The notes below the pieces were generated by a model. It did not search any database and was not told the DNA's origin. It saw nothing but the letters and a program-made list of their open reading frames with translations. Positions 1-8,298 of a DNA stretch of 64,000 nt are shown here, piece after piece. A program made the translations under genes and the position numbers. Source of the stretch: Candidatus Calditenuaceae archaeon HR02. GTDB taxonomy: Archaea; Thermoproteota; Nitrososphaeria_A; Caldarchaeales; Calditenuaceae. Position 1 is the first letter of the stretch. Each line of letters starts with the position of its first letter. Where the stretch lies: NCBI GenBank assembly GCA_002898395.1, contig BEHE01000004.1:1-64000 (forward strand). The letters run 5' to 3'.

Positions 1-212
1 GGAGCTTGTCAGGAGGTTTGGGAGGCATCCAGTATATGCTGATGGTGGGAGTCATTACTTGGCCGCTTGTAAGAGCCTAGGCCTAGAGCATAGGGTATAA
101 GGCTTCGGTAGCTGGATGAAGCTAAGAATACTATTCCAAGAAGAATGGATAAAAAACACTAAAAAGACTAGTATGAGAGATCAAGATTGAGTAATACCAA
201 CTTAACAGATCC
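1..212 (+). mobile_element. IS6-family insertion sequence remnant (3' part of transposase plus putative right terminal inverted repeat)
   Basis: Frame 2 reads ELVRRFGRHPVYADGGSHYLAACKSLGLEHRV* (stop 98-100), resembling the archaeal IS6 DDE segment 'YG.H.VY.DGG.WY..AC..LGL.H'. Positions 199-212 reverse-complement to GGATCTGTTAAGTT, similar to IS6-type ends. Confidence 0.6.
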
Positions 213-532
213 AAATTGACCTACCCCCACACTCATTATCTTCTTGGCTTGTTTCTAAGGTTTTGTGTTGCATCTGGGGCATCTGTTTTTATGTATTGTT
301 GAGATTTTGAGGAGTATTTAAACCCCCTATTGTATGCACCGCTACCAGCGGCTGGATAGTATCTGAGCCTTACCCCCTCAAGCCTTACTTTAAGAATGTC
401 TGTGGAGTAGTCTCGCCCTGATTGGCCTATCCCTGTTTAATAGTAGTTCTGAGGCCTTGGCAGTTATCCTCACCCTAAGCCTGCCTGAGTCAACATCATA
501 TCTAGGCTCCCTGATATAGAGGCCGTCCTCGA

Positions 533-670
533 GTGGGTAAGTATAGGGCTGGCTACAAATACTGTAGTCGATGTAGGACGTTTCAGCTAACCGATAGTGT
601 CTGTTGTCTATACTGTGGTGTGAGGCTGAGGGCTAGGCCTAGTCGTGAATGTAGGGAGAGGTGGGCCTAA
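533..670 (+). CDS. Small Cys-rich zinc-ribbon protein, 45 aa (not in ORF track)
   Basis: GTG at 533 to TAA at 670: MGKYRAGYKYCSRCRTFQLTDSVCCLYCGVRLRARPSRECRERWA, with two CxxC pairs. Confidence 0.5.
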   Translation: MGKYRAGYKYCSRCRTFQLTDSVCCLYCGVRLRARPSRECRERWA

Positions 671-703
671 ACCGTATATTAGTGTCGAGGGGGTGGATGT
701 GGT

Positions 704-1504
704 TTGATGAGGTTCTACTGTGATGTTCACCGTAAAAGGGATGACAGCGGATACAGGATAACCTACACAATGGATGGTGAAAACTTTAGATACACTGATT
801 CTCCAACGGAGATTCCAGTAGGTCCTGGAGACCAGCTATTCGTGGATGTTATACCAGTAGTCCACACGGATGGTTTTATTGAGCTTCTTAGGAGGGGTGT
901 TGAGGTATACTGCCTCAGACGCACAACGCTGATAGAGGAGATGCGGCGAAGACGGGGTGTTCCAAAGTCTGGGCGAGGTGATGTGCAAGTGTTAATAGCC
1001 ATTGAAGACAAATGGTTCAGAAGGGTGGATGAAGGGTTCCTCATAATGAGGAGGAAGATTTCTGTCTTTAGATGTGTAGATAGAGTTAAGAGGAGGTTGG
1101 GAAACCAGGTCAGGGCGGCTTCTCAGACTGAACAAGAAAGCTTGAGGAGGCTGTTAAGACAGGTAGAGGAGGAGAAAGAGATGCTGGCGAAGATGATCTC
1201 AGAGGAGGCCGGGAAGATATACCCAATCTTCAAAGAAATTACTGAAGAACTCGGAATAACAGGAGACAACCATGTATTAGCTAGAGCCTCTCTAGCCGAG
1301 CTACTGACATATGTTGACTTCAATAAGTCCTTCAAAAGGGTTCGAGGATACGTAGGATTATATCGGAAACGGTCGAAGACTAAGAAGTATGGTCGTGAGC
1401 TACGAAAAGCATTAGTAAGACTTACGATGGCGGTAATTAGTAAATATAAGTCGAGAGCAAGAGAACAGGGGGATGTGTTGATGGGAGTCTGGCTGATGTT
1501 CTGA
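704..1504 (+). CDS. Compact, divergent IS110-family-like recombinase/transposase
   Basis: N-terminal RuvC-like YCDVH, LFVD and KSGRGDVQVL (cf. IS110 KTDxxDA); central coiled coil; C-terminal RGYVGL...GRELRKAL (cf. IS110 YAGL...GN..LR.AL). The frame stays open for 18 codons past the TGA, so the stop may be a nonsense mutation. Confidence 0.6.
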   Translation: MMRFYCDVHRKRDDSGYRITYTMDGENFRYTDSPTEIPVGPGDQLFVDVIPVVHTDGFIELLRRGVEVYCLRRTTLIEEMRRRRGVPKSGRGDVQVLIAIEDKWFRRVDEGFLIMRRKISVFRCVDRVKRRLGNQVRAASQTEQESLRRLLRQVEEEKEMLAKMISEEAGKIYPIFKEITEELGITGDNHVLARASLAELLTYVDFNKSFKRVRGYVGLYRKRSKTKKYGRELRKALVRLTMAVISKYKSRAREQGDVLMGVWLMF

Positions 1505-1515
1505 AGGGAGACACA

Positions 1516-1676
1516 TAGGCCGGCGGACATGCCGTCCCAACAACAGGGATAAAGCCCGAGGCCAGTATGTCAATTATTTAAACAGACTGGCTCTTTCGCC
1601 AGTCATGTCTGGAATTTAAACAACCGGCCTCGTTTGGGTTTCCTAGATGTTGTTGGGCTGATTGTCCGCCGGGCTA
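1516..1676 (+). ncRNA. Putative structured ncRNA of the IS110-like element (long nested hairpin with symmetric internal loop)
   Basis: Perfect nested stems 1520-1529/1663-1672, 1536-1545/1648-1657, 1557-1563/1626-1632 and 1585-1591/1598-1604. ATGTC-N5-TTTAAACA occurs twice (1567-1584, 1605-1622). Strand assumed from the adjacent gene. Confidence 0.6.
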
Positions 1677-1730
1677 ACCACCCTCCCCCATTCTTCCATC
1701 ATCTGAGCGTTTAATCCATCACTATTATTC

Positions 1731-1738
1731 TTTAAATA
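1731..1738 (+). promoter_or_regulatory. Archaeal TATA box upstream of rplP0 (probably near-leaderless transcript)
   Basis: TTTAAATA ends 27 nt before the ATG at 1766. Confidence 0.55.
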
Positions 1739-1765
1739 GTTGGCTAAGTTAACATATCCAGAGTC

Positions 1766-2638
1766 ATGGCAAGAGCTGCCCTGTTACTGAGGCCGAAGGA
1801 ATTAAAGGCTAAGCGTGTAGAGGAGTTGAAGAGTCTTTTCCAGACCTATCCCGTCATAGGTCTCATAGACCTTTTCAAGTCTTCTGCAGACCTTATACAT
1901 CTCTTCCGGAGCAAGTTTAGGGGCCAGGCCGTCATCAAGGTGGCTAGAAAGACACTGGTGATAAGGGCGGCTAAGGAGGCTGGTAGAGAGAAGATAGCGG
2001 AGTATTTAGAGAAGGAGAAAAGACCCTTCGCACTCATCTTCACCCACATTAGCCCCTTCATCCTGAAACTTGAGCTCGATAAAGGTAAGGTTCTCACACC
2101 ACCCAGACCCGGCGAGACGGCGGATATAGACGTGGTTGTTCCCCCAATCAACACTGGGCTGCAGCCCGGCCCCATACTCTCGGAGTTTGGAAAACTCAGG
2201 ATCCCCACAAGAATAGATGGTGGGACGATATGGATTGCTAAGGAAACGACCGTTGCTAAAAAAGGTGATGTGATCCAGCCAGCTCTTGCATCACTTCTCT
2301 CAAAGCTAGAGATCGGTGCTGTTTATCGAGGCGTAAACCTCTCAATAGCCTTTGACGGCGACCTAATTATCCCCTCTGAGCTTTTAACCATCGATGTTGA
2401 GGGAACAAGGAGGATGCTATCAGAAGCACACTCCACATCCTTAGCTCTAGCAATAGAACTAGGGTATGCTACACCTGAGACGATTGTTCCGATGGTGACT
2501 AGGGCATACCGCGCGGCCATTGGCGTATCTCTTGCAACAGGCTATCCAACTAGAGAAACTATAGGGAGCCTAATCGCGAAAGCCGCCTCCGAGGCCGCTA
2601 TTCTTCAGAGGATTGTAGACTCTCGATCAGCTTCTTGA
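1766..2638 (+). CDS. rplP0: 50S ribosomal protein uL10 (P0)
   Basis: NTGLQPGPILSEFGKLRIPTRIDGGTIWI insertion domain and repeated stalk-binding helices (YATPET, YPTRET). Confidence 0.95.
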   Translation: MARAALLLRPKELKAKRVEELKSLFQTYPVIGLIDLFKSSADLIHLFRSKFRGQAVIKVARKTLVIRAAKEAGREKIAEYLEKEKRPFALIFTHISPFILKLELDKGKVLTPPRPGETADIDVVVPPINTGLQPGPILSEFGKLRIPTRIDGGTIWIAKETTVAKKGDVIQPALASLLSKLEIGAVYRGVNLSIAFDGDLIIPSELLTIDVEGTRRMLSEAHSTSLALAIELGYATPETIVPMVTRAYRAAIGVSLATGYPTRETIGSLIAKAASEAAILQRIVDSRSAS

Positions 2639-5396
2639 ACTCGTTGTAGATTGTCCTAACATCTTTCCCCGTCACCTCGAAGACCACCACCTCGTCATCG
2701 ATATACTGTATCTTGTCGGCGCCGAGCCTTTCTGCTATATTTCGCGGCGACAGGCCCTGTCTAGAGAGCTGGCGGTTTACCCCCGCTGCTATCAGCATGC
2801 CTGTCTTTAACTTACCGCTGATAAGCCCTGCAGCTGGCGAGTTATGCTTTACAGCCTCCCTTGCCATTGACGTGAAGTATGCAACATTTGTAACTGGCCT
2901 GAAGTCGAATATTAGCCGCGTATTCCCCACCATTTCTTCCTTCTGGTATCCTTTAGAGTAGTTCCAGATTCTCGCTGCCAGGTCGGCTACTACGCGCTCT
3001 ATTCTATCGAGTTGCGGGGGAGAGACAGAGGCCGCTTGCTCCATCTCCTTTAATACCGTCTCCTGGTAGTTTTCTATGAGCCTGCTGTACCCGAGTTTTA
3101 GCTGTCTAAGGTCTTCCTCAACCCTCTCCAGCCTGCTCTCCAGCTCCTTCATCGACTCGCTCACATAACGATGTGCTGCAGGACCGGCGGCATAGACCAG
3201 CCGAACTACACCATCTTGGATCCTCTCAACCTTCAGAATCTTTACGAATCCCACCTCTGCGGTGTTAGCGCAGTGTGTGCCGCCACACGCCTCGGCATCC
3301 CACCCCTCAATCTCTACGACGCGTATCTCGCCGAGTGGCGCCTCACCGCCTTGATATAGCGTGAAACCGTATCGGTCCTCCGCCAAGCTTCTGGGCAGCC
3401 AGGATATCTTGACGGGCAGCCTTTTAGAGACAACCTCATTGGCGAGCCTCTCAATCTTTAGGACCTCGTCTCTTGATAATGGCGCATGGTGGCTAATATC
3501 GAGTCGGGCTGACTCTGCCTCCTTCTTAGCACCCATTTGCCAAGCATGTTTCCCTAGGACTCTCCTCGCAGCTCCGATGAGGATATGAGTAGCGGTGTGG
3601 TGTCTCATGATGCTTAGGCGGCGTTCATAATCTATCTCTCCCCAAACCACTTCCCCTACCGGAGGCTGGTCGCCCTCTATGAAATGTACGATCACACCAT
3701 CCACGATCTGGGTATCAGTGACCCTTGCCTCAAGGCCGCGCCACCTTAATACGCCTGTGTCACCCACCTGGCCACCGCCCTCGGGATAGAAAAGAGTACG
3801 GTCGAGGATGACGATTTTGGGGGTAGATGCCAAGACAGTTGCGGTGAATTTAGCCGCGTATTGGTCGGAATAGTATAGCCTCTCGGTTTTTGGGAGGTCT
3901 TTTGTGAGCTGGGCTGCCTCTACTAGTCGTTCATCCTCCTTCTCCCTCGCGGGGAATTCTATATGTCTACTAATCATCCGTTCCTCAACTTCCTCCATGG
4001 CTGGAGTTTTAATGCCCAATTTCTTGGCAGTAGATAAAACCAGGTCAGGCGTTAAACCTCTCTCCTCATAGATCCTAGCGACATATTCGGCACCTATCTC
4101 CCGCCCACTTTTGCTAATGGCTGCAAGCTCCCTCTCCAGCTGTGCCAGTCCGCGGACAATCGACTCGTTGAACCTCTTTACCTCGTAGGTGATAAGGTCG
4201 AGTATTTCGTCTCTCATCTCCAAAAGCCTCGGAAAATCCTTCCCCCAATAGTCGATCTGTAGGGCTGCAAGTTCGGGAAGAATATCTTTTTTTCCGAGAA
4301 GTTCGAGAATTCTCTGAGTCTTCCTCACTAAAAGCCGGGCGAGATATCCCACCTTAGAGTTGGAGGGGACAACCCCATCTGCAAGTATAAAGACTATTGA
4401 CTTGGTGTGATCTAGTATTTTGTAGACCTGTTCAAGCTTTTCTAAGACTGGTTGAAGCCGCTCTAAATCCACCCCTGCGAGGGCTGCTGCCTTACGTCTT
4501 GCATCTGCAAGGCTCAGACTTGATGATGGCTGAATCCAGGCCGAATATCTTGCATACCTTGTGAAGGGCTCCTCCTCGGGATATGGTATCTCGATCAGCT
4601 CAGATACTCTATCGAGTATCCCCGAATAGATTACTTGGAAGGCAGATGGTGTTCCCTGCGTAAGCCAGCTAAACCGCTCTATCCCGTAGCCAGTATCAAC
4701 CGTCCTCACGGGGAGCTCCTCAAGCACGCCGTTTAAAGTCTTATAGTTCATGAAGACTAGCGTGGCAATCTCCAAGCCGCTGTGAATTACCTCATAGCAG
4801 GGGCCTGCGTTCCCGCCCCCCGCCCACACCCCCTCCTTAAACACAGTTTCCTCCTCCCTTAATCCAAGCCCCTCCATAAACTCCACACAAAGCTCCACTG
4901 TCCTATCCTTCCAATACACCTCCCTGCCTGGGAAGTTGAACGCATGGGCCCCACCCATCTCGAAGATCGTTAGGTGCCGCCCTAGCGTCGGACCTACTTT
5001 ATCTATGTCAACCATCCTGATGCATGGTTGGCTTATTACGAGAGGGTTTGCGGGCGGCTCGGTTGAGCCGGAAGTCACATGGGGCTGGAAGTCTACTATG
5101 CTTGCCGAGACGAGGTAAAGGTCCTTCCTCCACCTTGGGACAACCGGGTAAGGGGCGATAATCTTATGCCCCTTTCCCTCGAAAAATTCTAGGAAAGCCC
5201 TCCTCATTTCTGAGAGGTTATAGGGCTTGCTTACGGGCGGCGACCCTATGAAAGTGTATGGCTCACAAGGGGCCTCCCCGCACGTCTCCCTCTCAACAAG
5301 TGTCCAAAAATATTTGCCGCATGATTTGCAGCGTCGCCTCCGATACCCCCTTCTCGCGAAATACTCAATTGCGTAGTGGTCCTCGCCGAACTCCAA
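2598..5396 (-). CDS. alaS: Alanine--tRNA ligase (archaeal type)
   Basis: N-terminal CxxC zinc region, VDTGYGIER, FYPEGGGQVGD, editing motifs HTATH and CGGTH. Confidence 0.97.
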   Translation of the reverse strand: MEFGEDHYAIEYFARRGYRRRRCKSCGKYFWTLVERETCGEAPCEPYTFIGSPPVSKPYNLSEMRRAFLEFFEGKGHKIIAPYPVVPRWRKDLYLVSASIVDFQPHVTSGSTEPPANPLVISQPCIRMVDIDKVGPTLGRHLTIFEMGGAHAFNFPGREVYWKDRTVELCVEFMEGLGLREEETVFKEGVWAGGGNAGPCYEVIHSGLEIATLVFMNYKTLNGVLEELPVRTVDTGYGIERFSWLTQGTPSAFQVIYSGILDRVSELIEIPYPEEEPFTRYARYSAWIQPSSSLSLADARRKAAALAGVDLERLQPVLEKLEQVYKILDHTKSIVFILADGVVPSNSKVGYLARLLVRKTQRILELLGKKDILPELAALQIDYWGKDFPRLLEMRDEILDLITYEVKRFNESIVRGLAQLERELAAISKSGREIGAEYVARIYEERGLTPDLVLSTAKKLGIKTPAMEEVEERMISRHIEFPAREKEDERLVEAAQLTKDLPKTERLYYSDQYAAKFTATVLASTPKIVILDRTLFYPEGGGQVGDTGVLRWRGLEARVTDTQIVDGVIVHFIEGDQPPVGEVVWGEIDYERRLSIMRHHTATHILIGAARRVLGKHAWQMGAKKEAESARLDISHHAPLSRDEVLKIERLANEVVSKRLPVKISWLPRSLAEDRYGFTLYQGGEAPLGEIRVVEIEGWDAEACGGTHCANTAEVGFVKILKVERIQDGVVRLVYAAGPAAHRYVSESMKELESRLERVEEDLRQLKLGYSRLIENYQETVLKEMEQAASVSPPQLDRIERVVADLAARIWNYSKGYQKEEMVGNTRLIFDFRPVTNVAYFTSMAREAVKHNSPAAGLISGKLKTGMLIAAGVNRQLSRQGLSPRNIAERLGADKIQYIDDEVVVFEVTGKDVRTIYNEFKKLIESLQSSEE

Positions 5397-5448
5397 TTTT
5401 TACCGAGAAAATATTCTCTAAGCCCGCTATATAGTCATCAAGTAACTC

Positions 5449-5763
5449 CTAGCCGAAGAGGGCGCTGAGTCCTGCAAGCGCCTCCTCTTCCTTCTTCTCC
5501 TCGGCCTCCTCCTTCTTAGCCTCCGCGGCCGGCTTCTGGTGGGGTGCCTCAGCCGCGGGCTGGGAGGGTGCTGTGACAGGTGCGGCGTAGCTGGCAGATT
5601 TGATAGCCTCGTCTATATTGATTCCACGAATCGCGGCGACTAGTGACTTTACCCTAACCTCGTCCACAGTGCCCCCCGCAGCCCGTATGATACTCGCTAT
5701 GTTCTCTTCGTTAACCTCCTTTCCGAGCCTATGAAGCAGGAGCGCGGCGTATATGTATTCCAT
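5449..5763 (-). CDS. rpl12: 50S ribosomal stalk protein P1 (L12p)
   Basis: MEYIYAALLLH start (ATG at 5763), Ala/Pro hinge, acidic tail EEEALAGLSALFG. Confidence 0.96.
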   Translation of the reverse strand: MEYIYAALLLHRLGKEVNEENIASIIRAAGGTVDEVRVKSLVAAIRGINIDEAIKSASYAAPVTAPSQPAAEAPHQKPAAEAKKEEAEEKKEEEALAGLSALFG

Positions 5764-5869
5764 GAATCTCTCGGAGAGAGAAGTCGGGTCCAAATATTAA
5801 ACTTGTCTTCCAGCTCGGCCGCCAATACCCTCCCGTCGTATTAAGGGTTATATCAGGGGTGGATGTAAG

Positions 5870-6202
5870 GTGTGGGAGATGGAAAGAGTGGAGGACGTCA
5901 TAAAGCTCGTTGAAGAGTTTGAGGAAGGGTTAAGGTCGATCGAGGAAAAGGTGGCTAGGGCTAGGGCGGAGCTAGTTAGAGAAGTTGACGTATATTTGCA
6001 GGAGGCGAGGGCGCTTTTCTCAAAAATAGTTGAGGAAAGTAGGCGGAATATGCTGGAAGAGGCGGCCAAGGCTGCAGAGGAGGAGGGGGCCAGAATCAGG
6101 GAAGAATACAGGGCTAAGACAGAACAAGTCATGACCCGGCTCAGCTCCAAGAGGGAAGAGCTAGTTAGGTTTGTGCTCCAAAGCCTATTACCTACTGGGT
6201 GA
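5870..6202 (+). CDS. atpH: A/V-type ATP synthase peripheral stalk subunit H (G)
   Basis: 110-aa E/R/A-rich coiled coil directly upstream of subunit C. Confidence 0.7.
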   Translation: MWEMERVEDVIKLVEEFEEGLRSIEEKVARARAELVREVDVYLQEARALFSKIVEESRRNMLEEAAKAAEEEGARIREEYRAKTEQVMTRLSSKREELVRFVLQSLLPTG

Positions 6203-7247
6203 CACCTCCTTGCAGCCCTATCTACTCGCAAAGGCCTATGCGTGGAGAGGAATGCTACTGCCGAAATCATTTATACAAGAATTGGCCGCTTCTCGAACCC
6301 TCTCAGAATTCATCGACGCCATTAAAGCAACAGTCTACTCCCAGGAGGCGCAACAGATCACTCCACCGTACAGCGCGCTAAAGGTCGAGCACGCCCTCAG
6401 AAGACGGCTGGTAAAGATTCACCATACCTTAATGACTCTTAGTAGGAAGAATCACGTGCTTAGCGCACTCTATGCCCGCTATACCGCCCGAAACTTCAAG
6501 ACCATCATCCGCGCACTCCACGCAGGGATCAAGGGTGAGGAACTTAACATGCTTATCGACCCCTACGCCGAGGAGTTGATAGGGACCAGAGATGTAATAG
6601 CGAGGGTAATGGGTTCCGAGGGCGTAGAAGAGGCTTTGTCCATGATTAGGCGCTACATGGCTGACGAGACTTTCATACCCATATTCGAGAAGGTGATGGA
6701 CCCGGTGGCAATAGAAGTTGAGATAGATAGATGGCAAGTGAATAGGTTGAGGCAGGCTCTAAGAAAGACACCAAGAGCGTGGAGGAGCGGCCTATCCTAT
6801 CTAGTAATGCCAATCTACCTCAGATTCGTATTCACCGCAATTCTGCGGGGAAAAGTGTGGGGAATGAATACGAAGGAAATCGGCAGTATGATTGAGGGTG
6901 TCTTAGACGACACCATTCGTCCTGTTGTGTCGGTAGTGATCGAGTCTAACACGGTTGAAGAGGTGAAGAAAGCCTTTTCAGTAATGCCTAAGGGCACCGT
7001 GCCATCTATCGGCGAATCTGACACGCTAACAGATATAATCCAATCACTCGAGCGAGGCTACAGGGGCATGCTTCTTACACGGGCGCGGCAATGCTTTCTC
7101 AGACCATTTGACGAGCCATCACTCGCTCTAGCTACCGTGTTTCTCATCGAGGAGGAGGTGGCCCAGCTGGTTGCTCTGGCCGCTGGGATTGAGCAGGGTG
7201 TGGGCCCTGAGGCGCTCTTGGACCGCTTGGCATCCCTAACAGCTTAG
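6171..7247 (+). CDS. atpC: A/V-type ATP synthase subunit C (true start may be ~6210)
   Basis: ~350 aa helical protein; Y..AK..A..G.LL N-terminus, NFKTIIR, EEEVAQL near the C-terminus. Confidence 0.8.
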   Translation: MCSKAYYLLGDTSLQPYLLAKAYAWRGMLLPKSFIQELAASRTLSEFIDAIKATVYSQEAQQITPPYSALKVEHALRRRLVKIHHTLMTLSRKNHVLSALYARYTARNFKTIIRALHAGIKGEELNMLIDPYAEELIGTRDVIARVMGSEGVEEALSMIRRYMADETFIPIFEKVMDPVAIEVEIDRWQVNRLRQALRKTPRAWRSGLSYLVMPIYLRFVFTAILRGKVWGMNTKEIGSMIEGVLDDTIRPVVSVVIESNTVEEVKKAFSVMPKGTVPSIGESDTLTDIIQSLERGYRGMLLTRARQCFLRPFDEPSLALATVFLIEEEVAQLVALAAGIEQGVGPEALLDRLASLTA

Positions 7248-7255
7248 CATCACTG

Positions 7256-7534
7256 TCAGTAGATAATCTTGAAGCCCTTATACTCGCCCCTGTACTCCTC
7301 ATAGGTTACTTCTACCCTTTCAACACGGGCCAGCGGGGGCCCCCTCTTCATCCACTCAACCATCTCAGCAACTTTCTCCTCTGGACCCTCTATCACGGCC
7401 TCAACCCTACCATCTCTCAGGTTCCTAACCCAGCCGCGCAGACCTAACAAGTCAGCCACCCGTTTAGCATTTTGCCTGAAAAAGACTCCCTGAACAAGTC
7501 CAGAGACAAAAACATGGACTCTGACATTAGGCAT
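7256..7534 (-). CDS. acyP: Acylphosphatase
   Basis: [11 protein letters not shown] and [12 protein letters not shown] signatures. Confidence 0.97.
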   Translation of the reverse strand: MPNVRVHVFVSGLVQGVFFRQNAKRVADLLGLRGWVRNLRDGRVEAVIEGPEEKVAEMVEWMKRGPPLARVERVEVTYEEYRGEYKGFKIIY

Positions 7535-7572
7535 GCCGATTCCCCCATCAGGTACGGCTATATAATAGTTGA

Positions 7573-8298
7573 ATGGAATGTTTCAATAGTGTGGGGGTTT
7601 TAGGAGGCGGCGGTGAGGGGCTTTACACAGAGGTTATCTACGACGAGGAGAGGTGGGCTATTCTTTGGGAGAAAAGGGCGGCCGCCTTAAGGGTCATGGA
7701 GGCCCTCATGAGGGCTGGGATCGGCTCGGTAGTATATGGCAGCGTGGCGCGGGGCGATGTACACAGGTTGAGCGATGTCGAGGTCTACATACCGAGGCCG
7801 GTCAGCCCAGTCCTAGCAGAGACGATTATTGAGCGGGAGTTTGGGGGGTGGATTAGGCGTGAAGTTGTCCAAGCAACCCCCACCTACGTGCCTAAAGGCT
7901 ATATCTACATAGACGAGTTAACGGTCGTCTCCTTTCCGCTTGCAGAGGCGTTAAAGACCGAGGAGGCTTTCTACGATATAGCCGGGAAGCTCGACCTCGA
8001 AGGTGTCAGGAGAAGGAATAGGGTTACAGGAATGAATAAGGCGCTTAGAGTAATTATCCCAACCAGCTATGGCCACTCAGAATTCCCCGCCGAGAGAGAC
8101 CCAGAGCTCGCCGCGAATCTAATCGGCGTTGACCCCCTAGACCTTAGAAGGAGGATTAGCGTATTAACGCGGAGGAGGGAGCACGGTAAGACGGGTGTCT
8201 ATAGTAAAATCGTTTTAGGGGCGGGGGAAAGTTTCTCCAGCATCCTCAACCAGCTCTTAGACAGGAACCCGCGTATTAGGAGGCGGATACATGGATGA
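7573..8298 (+). CDS. Pol-beta superfamily nucleotidyltransferase (COG2413-like)
   Basis: [16 protein letters not shown] motif; VQATP...KGYI. Confidence 0.85.
   Translation: MECFNSVGVLGGGGEGLYTEVIYDEERWAILWEKRAAALRVMEALMRAGIGSVVYGSVARGDVHRLSDVEVYIPRPVSPVLAETIIEREFGGWIRREVVQATPTYVPKGYIYIDELTVVSFPLAEALKTEEAFYDIAGKLDLEGVRRRNRVTGMNKALRVIIPTSYGHSEFPAERDPELAANLIGVDPLDLRRRISVLTRRREHGKTGVYSKIVLGAGESFSSILNQLLDRNPRIRRRIHG

Noticed and set aside
1561-1628. Mini-CRISPR array or canonical TIGR array
   Set aside because: Only two units with a 5-nt variable part, no cas genes, and no periodic multi-unit array.
654-1689. Sub-terminal inverted repeats for the IS110-like element (GGGAGAGGTGG vs CCACCCTCCCC)
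   Set aside because: Imperfect, low-complexity and SD-like; element ends cannot be defined from this alone.
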